This document shows, one piece after another, positions 1 through 12,222 of a DNA stretch of 64,000 nucleotides. Source of the DNA: Nitrospirales bacterium (GTDB lineage: Bacteria > Nitrospirota > Nitrospiria > Nitrospirales > UBA8639); NCBI GenBank assembly GCA_965203295.1, contig CBDBCZ010000014.1, positions 704,001 to 768,000 of the forward strand, in the 5' to 3' direction. The notes under the pieces were generated by a model that made no database searches, was not told the DNA's origin, and saw only the letters and a list, made by a program, of their open reading frames with translations. Both the position numbers and the translations under genes were made by a program. The stretch's first letter is position 1. Every line of letters starts with the position of its first letter.

Positions 1-89
1 AGTAGCTAAATCTTGTGTAACCATGCCAGATAGCGCTGAGCATGGCAGTGTGCATTGACCTGCTACCGAAAGGTTGATTGGCTTTATAT

Positions 90-445
90 ATAAAGTCGTA
101 GGCATTGAGTGCCAGGGTGCACTCCTCCCCGAGTGAGTCAGGCACATGTCCAATCATTTTGTAATGATCCTCAGCCTCTGTATTTTACTAACACTAGTGT
201 CTTTGGCTGTCCCTCACACTTGGCGCTTGGTATATATGCCATTGTGGAGTAATTCATTGAGTCATACTAGTTTCAGTTGGAGAATCAGTAATGGTTTATG
301 GTGCTGATGATGTTGCTGCTAATAATTTACCTTACGGTCACCTTAAATGAAGCTACTGTATTCTCTGCTAAGCTTTACACTCACCAACATGCACTCACTC
401 AGAAAGCCACACTTCTTGAGGATCTTCGCAGTTGCTCTGCAGCGA
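90..445. repeat. Diverged dispersed repeat, similar to about 17765-18090
   Basis: Aligns by eye with 17765-18090 (e.g. taaagtc(a)gtaggcattg.gtgccag.gtgcactcct, ccaatcattttgtaatgat). Family not recognised. Confidence 0.6.
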
Positions 446-1427
446 CGCAAGACCGTACACTAGCAAGACCGTACACTAGCGTGAGACTATATTAAAGCTT
501 ACTACAGTACTAACGATTAGCATGCACGTGAGAAGTCAGCTCCTCCCTCCCGTTACTGCTAGAACCGCAGCCCGCAGTCTGTACACAAATATTAATATGT
601 ATAACGCATCAACTTTATAGACATAAGATGATTACAAGTGGCATTGATATGCACCACTGGCTTCAAGGCAGTTCATGGATTTCAATTTCTTGAGTGTTTC
701 CTGCAAAGGAAAAAACAGACACTTGTGGTAGAACCGAGGTGGGATAGGACTACGACCTCCGAGGATCACTCCCATAGACTCTATAGTCGCAACTGCAGTC
801 ATCTCGATCCGTACCTGTTAATGTATCTACTTAGAAGTTAGAATTGTCCACAGTAGCAAAACATCATACTGTTTCCCATGGTTCTAAACAACAGTGGGCC
901 AAGGAGTGAAAAAATGCTATATACCTTAAATTAATTACCAGGTCCACACCATTGGACATTAACAGGAAAGTCTTTATCTTCATGTACCCAAATAAGCAGA
1001 GGGCTTGGAATAAGCTTACAAAAGTGCCAGTTGACAATCAATAGCACAACAGGAGAGGCCTTGTGCAAATGGACAAATCAGTGCAATCACTAGCTGGTCA
1101 AGATCATGACTGCAATGGTAACTATATACACACTTACAGAGACTATGGGAGTGGCCCTCATTCAGTCCATTAAATACCCACACATTAAACCTACAAGGCC
1201 TCTGCCCAACTTTTGCTGCGAGAGAGCCTGGGGACAAAGCTACATAAACCAATGGCAGTAGAAACTACATCTACATACCAGTGTGAACAGGCGAAGTGTA
1301 TTAGCAGCAGCACCAAGCCTGCAATTATCGACGGAGTTGCTGTCACAATGTACGCAATGCCCAAGAACAGGTTCCGTCCACCTAGCCAGGAGATCTCAGC
1401 AAGGAATGTCTTATATTGCTTATTTTC

Positions 1428-1538
1428 TGTTAATGGGTGGGGCTCAAATGCACAGTGTACATGGAACAACTACTGATGCAACGACACATAACATTTGAGC
1501 CCGACACATAACATTAATTTTGAGCCCTACCCATAACA
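1428..1538. mobile_element. Small foldback element at the start of a CDC50 exon
   Basis: TGTTAATGGGTGGGGCTCAAA ... TTTGAGCCCTACCCATAACA terminal inverted repeats; no clear TSD. Confidence 0.55.
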
Positions 1539-2825
1539 GTCACCGTGTTCTGCACTAATGTAGTGACATGATCAAAATATGCAACTGAATACGTTCACTT
1601 TCCAACTAGGACCACAGTCATACACGCTAGCCTCCTCCCCATGCCTCAACCCAGTTTTAGTCACTTGCAGTATGAAATGTGGGGAGCTTAGGAACGAGGC
1701 CACGTACAATGTATACGACTATTGCATTAATATGAAGGATACTGTAAGTGAGAAAGATGGAGTCGTTTCCTGCAGGGAGATTAATATCACTGGAACCACT
1801 CTCTTGCAGTCGGCCATACAGTTTGCGGAATTTTGGAAATGCTGACACACGAAACCAAACAATAAAGCTCTCGCTCTCCAGTCCCCCAGGAATTTCTGAA
1901 AGATCATACGGCCAGTTGGGGGGCATGGTGGTGTCAACAAGATCCTCAGGGCTGACCTCAGGGGCGCCGTTTGGGTTTTGGAAGCGAACACTACGGTCAG
2001 TATCCCAGGCAAAGTTGGTTCTATTACAGCAGGTCATGTTCTCACCCGTATCACGATTCATGAACATATCAAATGAGTCTAGAAGGAGAGACAAACACAA
2101 TAATAATTTACACAGCCCACATACTTAAACTCAGACGTCTACATGAACAAGGACAAACTACACACAGGTGTGTTCAGGAATTTTACTATGCACGCACGAT
2201 CCACTCTAATCACTACATTGGAGTGCACAAAACATTGTGACTGTTTGCATTTTGCCAGATCTAGAAAAGCATTGTATTAACATTTTAAAAGTGAGATGGG
2301 CCATCACTGAAGATGCAGTATGGTGAAGCAAAAGTCATCTATTATTACGCCTGGTTGTGTCCGTTCGTGTGTGTGTTCGTGTGTGTGTACGTGTGAAAAA
2401 CGGAAACGGAAGCCGCATGCACACGCTCCCGGATGAACTTTCACCTGTGACCAGAGAAGTTCACGGTCACAGGTCAAAGTACCACGTGTCTGTATTTAAG
2501 TGCGAAATGATGCTAGCTCTTTCCAGCGACTACAAGAGATTGTCTCGGGATGTTAGGCACTTTAACACAAAGGTTAGTTTTGGTATAGTCCTGTAAGTGA
2601 TAGCCAAGCAGAGATATAACTGCTATACTAGGCTAACCGCATAGATGTGCATCAAATGGAGTCGGTGCCGTCCGTCTGCATGTAGCTAGCCTGTGGTATA
2701 GCTAGGCTAGTGCTAGCTTGCCTGTGTGATCTAGCAGCTGTTTGTAGTCTCTCTCTGAGTCACTGCCTCCGGTTAGAATGTGGTGTGCACATTTACTGAC
2801 ACTGAACCTTTCTTACTAGTAGTAG

Positions 2826-2861
2826 CATGGATAATATGTTTACGTGTCTATATTATCCATG
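2826..2861. mobile_element. 36-bp palindromic micro-MITE with 7-bp TSD
   Basis: CATGGATAATAT...ATATTATCCATG flanked on both sides by GTAGTAG. Confidence 0.65.
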
Positions 2862-4349
2862 GTAGTAGTAACAATGATTATGTATGAACATGCAAGTAAT
2901 CTTGCTGAAAATAGAATCAGTGCCATTCACTTACGTGATATGTACGCTAGGCTTTGGCTGTGAAGAGCTAGGCTGTAGTCCTAGCATGCCTATACTGTTT
3001 TACAGTTGATTGTAGTCTTCTCTGTAGCACTGTCTCCACGTTTCAGTCTGCCAGCAACACTGCTAGCTATTAAAATGTACTCTATAAACCAACAAATCAC
3101 ATACAGATTACATCTTTAATCTCTATCCGTACAGAGCGAGCGCAGCGAGCGAGTTCAACAAACACAAGTAGTTGTGCGAGCGAAGCGAGCACAACTACTT
3201 GTATATGTACATGTAGATATCTAGTAATCCATCAAAACCAAAATCTGCATTTGGCGTTAGAAATTTCTTTGGAAGGTTCGCTCCCACAATATTTGCTAGT
3301 AGACTCAGAGAGTCCATGCATTGTTTCTAGTGGAAATTCCACTCCACTCACAACAAACAATCTACTAATCAATCCTGACCCTAAGTAAGCAAACTTGTTA
3401 AAGTATGCTCACCATTGAACAAGCTGTTTGCAATGAGTCCACAAGGTACAACAGGCATACGTGTGCCATTAGTGTTCTCAACATTCCGTATGGGGTTACA
3501 GTCACCGGAGGGGTTCAAGAAGCTCCCTCGATTTCCTCGCAGCTGTTTCACATCCCAGGAGTTGACGTAGCGATGGTGGTTCTGGAAGTAGTTGCCAAGA
3601 CCATAGTACATGTACCATGGAGAGCGCAGCTCCTCCGGGACAGTGAAATTCACCCGGCAGTGGCAGTCTTCAAAATCACGCCTCTCAATGTTACTTAGAG
3701 CACTTACGTATATTGGCCAGGTACTCGGAACACGTCTGGAAGTTACGTATGAAAGGGACATCACTGGGAACTGGTTCACAATTTAGTATAGGGAATTTCC
3801 ACCTCACATATCTGAGTATAGATGGGATAAAAAAAAAACAGTATACAAAAACAATATGCAACAACAGTAGTGGAATACTAATACTGTCAGTAGATATTGG
3901 CTGATTCTTACTATAAAGTAACGCCACATATACATGCCAACAGGGTGATATGTGTATAGCCAAGTGTACCATTAGCTTATACAGTGCTCAACGGGTATTC
4001 CCTATAGAGGACACCTTGTTTGCATGTGTGATCTTAATTCAATCTCCATTATATGAAATTTTTATAGCTCTCTAAAATATGGACACATCGCCACTCCACA
4101 TTTTCTGGTCTCAACAGTACCTACTATAGACTGTACAAACTTCACCCGATAGTGCAGACAGCCGACTGTAAATCACCTACCACCGCTACTATAGAGTAGG
4201 CGATTTGACGTTTCATCAACACTAATATTGATAGCGCTAATTTCATTGATGGTACAGGGAACGATGCTAACAACCACCAGAGTTGGTTAGACTAATGCAC
4301 AAGATACAAGCCGGTTAGACCATGCCTACTGGCGGGCTGTAACGTAATA

Positions 4350-4984
4350 CCGTAGTGACCGGTTAATAAGCGCACACAGCTATTAGGCGCATGTTTTATA
4401 ATAAGCGCACACTTCCTTCCGGTCATTACGTATTAGTTAATTGGCGCATGCGCTTGTTACGCGTGTTAAAATCGCCGACGTGTTGGTTAGTACTGTTTTT
4501 TTGTGAGTGAGCTTGAGATTGAGATTGAGAGGGCACGCACAGAAGCACCTGCAACCCAACCATGCCATAAAAAGTGCCAAATCTTACACGACAGTTCTCG
4601 AGGGACGTGGCCTACTGTCACCGCTCCAGGCTTCAAAAGGCACACAGCCACACAGCAAACCGGTCATGTTCACTCTCCTCCTCGCGTAAAAGTTCCAAGT
4701 ACCTCGCCAATAATAGGGGACCACACTCTTGTATAGATATGGTGGCCGCGCACAACACTCTCGTGCAGGTACACACCGTCTTCATGTCAGACTCGCGCTC
4801 GCCATTGCCAATATCCACACGTACGTCAGTCGATACTAATACCGATAACTCATACCAGGTACCGCGATTACCGCTAGCAAGCGCTTACGTAATTGCCGCT
4901 AACAAGCGCATACCGGCTAATAAGCGCATAGTTTCTTATTGCTGACTAGGATAGGCGCATGCGCTTATTAACCAGTCACTACGG
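4350..4984. mobile_element. Non-autonomous Tc1/mariner (pogo-like) MITE in a CDC50 intron
   Basis: TIRs CCGTAGTGACCGGTTAATAAGCGCA / TGCGCTTATTAACCAGTCACTACGG with TA on both sides. Confidence 0.8.
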
Positions 4985-6156
4985 TACACACACAATCCCT
5001 CGGGTTTCACCCTTGGAATTACGTGATAATGCTTAGGATAAACCACGGTCTAATTAACATGTAGCTCATGGTTAATGGTTAAGACTTGACTGGTATAATT
5101 CAGAAGGCTCTTACTTGAATCTACATGTACATGCAAATAAACATCACAGCTATGTTAGGTCACTTACCCTCATTGCAACAACGAGAAAGGTAACTCCGAG
5201 AGCAAGGAAGATCACCCCAACAATGAAGAAGACAAAAGACACATGACGGGCTGTGAAGACAGGACGGCACGCTGGAATCTGCCGCTGCACCCACTTGTTC
5301 TCTGAAGGAAAGAAAGATATGACAGAACGGGTCAAGAACTAAAAAGAACTTCTGTCATTTAGCAGACTAAAGTAACAACTTGAGACATTAACTACAGTTG
5401 GGGCCTACTAGTAAGTGCTACCACAACATGGGCCTGAGAGCTAGACATGCACAAGTGGAAAATGCTTTGCTGAGCACAGATACAGGTGTACAGCTCAACA
5501 AGTTGCAAGGACATGCTACTTAGTGTGCAGGGTTTCATACAGGATTCTTTGCTGGAGGGGGGAGACAAATAGTGAACAGACACACGCGAAATACGCAGCA
5601 TGGGGGGGGGGGGGTCTGAAAATATAGATGCCTAGAAGGGTACTGGACTTTGGCTGCTGTTTTCCCAGCTGTGAGTACAACAGCAAATAATATTGTGGTG
5701 CCTGAGAACACTTGTGTTCAAATCAATGGAATTATAACGTTAAGAAGAAAGAGCTATATTGGTGCAGAAAGTTGAAGTATTGAAATCCACCAATGGTTAG
5801 GATAGTTTGAGGTGTGCTCAGAGAGCAGAAATTAGGCAGAAAAGACTAAGGAAACTGAAGAACATCTGAGGCTCTTAGTAATTGATGAAAATTCCTTCAA
5901 AGAATGATGAGAAGGTTTGAAATAATCACAGTGGATTCACTCTTTTCACCTTCTTTCAACTCTATTTAAACTAGGGTAGTCACACTTTGCTTTCTCCACT
6001 CCAGCAGTTTATGCTGACATTAATGTGGCTTTGCATGGCTATCATTGTCTGGACAGGACAAGGGCTATGTACGTATCAATATATAGTATAGGCTCTTAGT
6101 AGTAGGCCAAGTGTTGTATTACAACAGTGCAGATTGCCTGAGTTTATAAGCCTATA

Positions 6157-6404
6157 CATGATATGTACGTACATACATGTAGTTGTCAATACACAATTTC
6201 TATACATGTAATAAGCTAATCATTTTAGGATACAGTAATATATATAGCATTGCAAGTAATATGCTGCAGTTTGCCTTCTGCATGATATGTACGTACATAC
6301 ATGTAGTTGGCAATACATACTTTCTATATGTGTAATAAGCTAATCAATTTAGGATACAGTAATATAATTATAGCAAGTAATAAGCTGCAGTTTGCCTTCT
6401 GCAG
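6157..6404. repeat. Two-copy tandem duplication, about 123-bp unit
   Basis: catgatatgtacgtacatacatgtagttg...gctgcagtttgccttctgca occurs twice head to tail. Confidence 0.8.
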
Positions 6405-6924
6405 CATTAATTGCACCGCACACTATGTGCTATCTCATACTGTGATGTGCTATAATCAAAGTATTCCCAAGTAGTACACAGAGGGACTGATCACGGATAA
6501 AGACACATCTTGACTCAGCCGCTGACTCATTACTGTACACGCTAGGATGTTCTGATCATCAAAGCCATAGAACTAACAGTTGCTGGCCAAATCATCACCA
6601 GATCCAATCCATCCTAACAACATGGAATCATCATTGGTCAAAATAGAGAAGCAGCACAGAAGACTCCTACCTGTGTGCGTACCTCCAAGTGAACCTGGAC
6701 AAATACATGTACTAGCATATCTTTGCATGGTGGAAAACCTGACTCCTTGATTACTACACAGGAACGTGTCCTACTTTCCAAAAGAGAAAAAAGTGCTGGA
6801 TCCCATAACACCTTCAACGGAAAGTGAAATAGAATTCAAAAGGGAAGTTAAGCATTCATAGAAAGCAGATATGCCTTTACAGACAAGGAAGAGGAACTGC
6901 TGTGGAGTTCCAGAATTTTTCCAG

Positions 6925-7270
6925 CCGCAACGCGCGCAGTGCGTGAACGGCTGGTTCTATACTAAGATTGCTTTACGTTTTCCAAACAAATGAAAGGTAC
7001 TTCTATGTTAACTAGATGGCGAAAACCTGGAAGGCAGCCATAAAAATCCTGTTTTTGTGACGTATAGCTACTAACTGGCGAGTCAACACTTTCGCTGTAC
7101 TGCAATTGATTGCTTCTCAGTTTCTGTAGGATGCCTATTACAGCATAGACTAGTTACTATAATGTGTAGTTCTACGGCAGTTAGCTTGGCCTGAGCTGAG
7201 TTGTGTGTATTGTACGTGAAAGTCTCCCGGCTGGTTTTTAGACATGTAATGTCAGACTTGTTAGCATAGG
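6925..7270 (-). mobile_element. Dispersed non-autonomous repeat; related copies about 25800-26270 and 59700-60130
   Basis: Shared end motif aaaacgtaaagcaatc(t/g)tagtac..gccgttc and internal acaagtctgacatt.catgtct.aaaaccagccgg; (caaa)n microsatellite in the 26170 copy. Confidence 0.55.
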
Positions 7271-10200
7271 CTATAACTGGTAATATTACTTTCAGAAATA
7301 AGTTGGGCGAAATGCACTGTGCAAATACCATAGATTAATCATAATATTATATGCAAACATGTTATCTGCATGATATGTAGTGCACAAAATCAACTCAGTG
7401 TACATACCTATACCGATGGCTTGACTGTGACTGAGCTGGAGGGTTCTTCCTATAGAAAAACAGTCATTGTTCTGCAGGATTCACAATCTTTCTCTAAGCA
7501 ATGCAAAATGGACAAGCTAGCTTGCTGTATGTGCCTGTATTTAGCTGGACCTGCAACTTCCAGCAGTTTCTGTTACATAATTGTATATTATCTATGATAG
7601 AATATAGTTGGATGGTAATATACAATGTGTACATGATAAGTGCAGATGTGCAAAAAACTGGCAGACAAACTAACAGACAAACACAATAATGTAGAGTGTT
7701 CTTAGAACCAGCTTGGCACACATGAACACGAAATTCGCACCTTGCTAGTAGAAATGCATCAATTATGAACTACACGTATGTTCCTCCTTCATTTACTGGC
7801 CATGCAGGTTGTTGTGGCTAGTGTGTGCTCCTCTCTCTTCAGACTCAGTATTCCATCCACACACAAACTATGCATATGGCAAGCCAGCCAACAAGTGGAA
7901 TATATGTACTGGTAGGCTGGTGAGCTACAATGATCCTGTTTCGCAAGTTGCAGCTGCTAACAAGCCGGATAATTGTAGCTTCGTAATTCCAGTCTCCACT
8001 GCGAGCTTCAATTTCTTTGCACTAACACATACGTGACAAAAGTGGAGACTGGGAATGAGGTTACTTTCAGGTTATTTTTACAGCAATATTTCTTGGCCTG
8101 ACCTGTTACTTAGCAGAGCCTTGGGGGTTTAGCAGATCTTACTTTTTACAGTACTTGGTACAGCAATATGCAAGTGTGGATCTTATGTATACACACCCAT
8201 TTTACCTTAGACACGCATATACTATGTATGTGCATACCTTTTGCAACTTTTAGCACTTCTTTTGCGTGGAGAATATCTCACTCCAAGAGGAGTCACTGTG
8301 TGGCTTCTGTGCTTCTTTAGTCCAGGAGCTGATCTGCTACCCTGCACTACTTGCAAAATGCACTCGGCTTCAACTTCAAGACACACATAGCTCTGCGAGA
8401 AAAAGAAATAGTCCAGGCACTTACTGGATAATTGTTCCATACTTGCAGTGGAGTACTATAATGTATTATGTATGTAAATCCAATCAATAGTTACTGTAGA
8501 TGAGCTTTTAAATTAAACATAATGTGAACATGTGTAGCAGGGGTGCAAGAATGGCCTTTGATAGAGCTAGCCAGATCTCCTAAAGCTATTCTTTTCACTT
8601 GCAGGACACTACAGTGGGTGATTTTCTGAACTTGACAATTTAATTGTTACTATGTATTGTTTCATCAATTTTCATTCATTGTATTGTTGCAATAGATATT
8701 GACGATTATACACTTATTGCCCTATAACATCAACAGAAAATTTAAAAATTGTTTTCCAAACATGCTAATTAGAATTTCCTCACTGGAATTGGAAGTGGTG
8801 CAATGTGATTTACGCTTCATTTGCTCTAGGATGTTGGTCTTCTCAGCACTTGTTTCAATTCTTTCATGAAGACAACATCCATGCTATTGCAAGAGGTACC
8901 ATTTAACACAAGTGTATGGCACTACAATGAGCATGCCACTAGAACGACATGTTGTATATGTACTGCAAACCTCATCTTTATCTCTCACACTTGCAACATT
9001 AACAGACAGTTGCTCACAGATGGAGTCTACCACATCATCATCTGGGCAGAAATTAAGGCAGATTGAAAGCTGCTTTGAAAATGCATTGATACTAAACACA
9101 GCAGTAAAATCCTCAGATAGTAGTTACAGCTGCAGTTTCAGACACCGAGATAGTGTAATGGCCTGCATGGTTCTAGTTGAAAACTGTGGCCTTGCACGCT
9201 CAGGTGCAGTATCATAGTAGAATATAGGAAAGCTGCAGCTCCTTTGTGAGAGAGACAAGAACATCAGTATAAACTTTGTACAATTCATTTATGGAACCGG
9301 TATAATATGAACGGTACAATTCATTTTTGGATATGAACATTATGTAGTACTTATTACGTTCACCATTGTTGAAAACAGCAAGTTATCAAAATACTTGCAT
9401 TACTGTAAATAATTCACACTGATGTTCAGCTACGTACATGTAGCTATAGCCTCGCTCTTATAGTCTCAAACTTTTCGCACAAAGTACAACACACAACATA
9501 CTACGTGCAAAAAGCTGGGGAGTGGAGACGAGAATTAGGCTATAGCTAGCTACATATAGCACACACACACACACACCTCTACATACCAGTCAATGGGTTT
9601 GCTCTCAGGTCAAGCACTATGAGACATGTATTCACTTTCAGCACTTCCAGAAGACTGACTGCCCCATCAGTAGTGACACCACAGGACTGGATGTCTATGG
9701 CTGGGAGTCACAGAAGTAATTGTACCATCACTACAGGCATAACTGTACTGAATTTACAATCCTGTGCGTAAATTACACATTCAAGTGACTGTATAAGATA
9801 TGATTGGATCTACAATGTATGAGTGTACACACTGTACGTATATGTTTTTTTTTCCACCTCACTGCTTTCCCAAAGAGCTTGACTTCTATATTTGGACTGC
9901 CACATTAAATAGAAGGTTATTCTATGACCCCCCCTTCTAGAGAAGGTTGGAAGAAGCTAACCCACATGTACGTACATACCTCTGAGGCACACATCATCTC
10001 TGAGTGCTTCTGCAAAGTCTTGTGCACCTTTATCCCCAATGTCAACGTTGAGGTTTAGTGTAACTCTGTGCAGACCTGGTATCTTTTCCAGTTTGAGCTT
10101 TTGTGATCGGAGGCTTCACTTTGTCTGTGCAGGCAATGATGCTGCAGAAATAATAAAGGTGTAGTAAAGAAATGTAGCCTCGTACCCGGATAGACCTATT

Positions 10201-11508
10201 ACCACCGTAGTAATGTATCTGAGATGTATATCAGTACATATATGTATATACAATCTCATTACTACGTAGCTACACGCAAGAAGTTCCTTCCTTTATTACA
10301 GCAAGAAAAATAGGCTTCTTAGGCTTCTCTCCAGTTCAATTCAGTGACAGCTTTAGTCCTTGTTTTGTAAGGCATGGTACCATACACAGGAAGAGCAACT
10401 AAAATGTGACTTCCAATCTTTAAAAGCCACTCTGGATACCTGTCTGCCAATCACCATGACTGAAGTGTTGGCAGAACTGTTAGTCTACCTCAGTGAATAC
10501 TTTAGTTTTGTTAGAAAGGGAAAGGAATCTATTTTGAATCCAAGCAACAACACCTCTTGTGATGTTCGTAAAATTCTAACTTCTAACCATCCTAGAGCGA
10601 TGGTACAGAAGTACAGACTGTTGCCACAGTTAGCAACACTGTTGTTGTGAGTGACATATTGTGCATGCAAATAACATGTAGTTGATACGTATCGCTAGAC
10701 TACAACCTTGATTAGGACTGCTACTGATGATGCTCCTTGGGATGACAGGCTGCATGCAGTGAGATCCAGCCACTCCAGAGAATAAGAGTTCGTCACTGCA
10801 CTGCAGATGACTGCATAATTAGGGAATATATTATTCAGCATCAGTATGAATCTTACGTACGTGTACTTTTAGCATGCTTAGAATGGTATCCACAACCAGC
10901 GTGGTCTGTACTGGCTCAGGTATGTATATGATATACAATCTAATTAAAGAAGGTGGTAATTAGAGAGCTCGATTGCAGGTACATGCATTGGATTAAGTAA
11001 CTCGGTATTATAATTTAAGCTATCATCAGCCACACTTCAGTAATTTACAACGCTTGTGATTAGGAGAAATACAGTAGTTTGGTTTGTTTGAGCAACACTT
11101 CATGTTCTGCCACCTAATAGAGCTCACCTTCTGCAGCCTTGTTCCCGATCTCAGATCCCTTCAGTGAAAGATGCACCAAGGATGAAGTTTTCAGCAATCC
11201 CTAAATATGGAGGTACGTAAGAAGATGGCCACACCAGGATTACTTCCTGGCAAACAGAATTCAATTTTAATATGGCACGGACTAAAAGCACTATTTAAGT
11301 ATATGATCGAGTGGTTCCAGTGGGGTTGGTACCTAAAATGAGTACCCTCAACAGTGAATCGTGCATCACCGTCCAAAGTCTTATGCTCAGCCCCGTGATG
11401 GAAAGGTGGGTCTAGCGCCCTGTATATTGAAAGTCGGGTTAACACTACGACAGTAGTCCCAGATCTGGACCGGCAATGCGAAGTGGATTTCACAGTTGCA
11501 TCCACGTC

Positions 11509-11615
11509 CTAGCCTCATTCCCAGCCACATTCACTCGCAAAAATAAACGGGAAAGGTAATTATTCCCCGTTTATTTTTGTGAGTGCACGTGGGGGGAGCC
11601 TGGGAACAAGGCTAT
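11509..11615. mobile_element. Short TAGCCTC...GAGGCTA foldback MITE; other copies about 1628-1702, 9447-9542, 13013-13059, 14010-14066, 30047-30118, 39455-39526
   Basis: Terminal inverted repeats TAGCCTC(G/A)TTCCC / GGGAAC(G/A)AGGCTA, internally palindromic. This copy has a 3-bp TCC flanking duplication. TAG termini are Academ-like (inference). Confidence 0.7.
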
Positions 11616-11629
11616 CCATGTCGCTATCC

Positions 11630-12222
11630 ATGTTTACTCGTTGGTGTCCCAACATATAAGAAAATTGTTCCATCTGCCTACATATATCCTGTGCCTATGG
11701 TTGGATGCTCCTGTCTCTGTTACAATTGCTCACTATGTTTATTCTGGAGCCCCGTCGGTCTGATTTAAATTGTCTATACCCATCCTGTTTCATAAAATTA
11801 ATCATTAATCATAGTCATAAATCTTTTCCCCTTTTCCTTTTAAATTTTTATTATCATAAAGTTGTCGTGTTTTTTATGTGGTTTTGATCTATGTCTGGAG
11901 TCAAAAAGAGAAAGAAAGAAAAAAAAAAAAAAAAAAAAAAAAATAGTGCTCTATACTTGATATACCCCCACTACCCTACACTTCTGTCTCCTCTTCTGAT
12001 TACAATTATTTCTCCTCTCTTCTGATCTCCTTATGATGATCTCCCTTCTGTACATGTGTTCCCTTTAGTCTCATGCATATCCCTGCACTGTACTCCTTAC
12101 TACTGCACGTATCCCTGCACTGTACCCCTTATTATCGTATGTATCCCTGCACACGTCTCATAGGCCAGTTTTGGCCTGCTACCCCAGGGGTGAGACTCTA
12201 AAATGATTATCTATCTATCTAT
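11630..12222 (+). repeat. Probable 3' ends of retroelements: poly(A) tract followed by a segment ending in (TATC)n
   Basis: A-run of about 25 nt ending at 11943; tail ttatctatctatctatc at about 12207-12222. No coding remnant recognised. Confidence 0.35.

Larger units (their letters stand above)
682..5301 (-). pseudogene. TMEM30A: CDC50/LEM3 family (TMEM30-like P4-ATPase flippase beta subunit), multi-exon, disrupted
   Basis: Exons about 5301-5168 (NKWVQRQIPACRPVFT plus TM1), 3811-3413 (YMYYGLGNYFQNHHRYVNS, PCGLIANSLFN), 2078-1743 (AWDTD..RF.NP, FIVWFRVSAFPKFRKLYG), about 1427-1278 (SWLGGRNLFLGIAYI plus TM2) and a possible last exon 700-682. Exon 3811-3413 needs two frameshifts (+1 near 3783, +4 near 3705-3710). 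No ATG exon was found. Confidence 0.85.

Noticed and set aside
5600..6000. Possible THAP/Harbinger-type transposase remnant
   Set aside because: Only weak fragmentary similarity with many stops; cannot be supported without a search.
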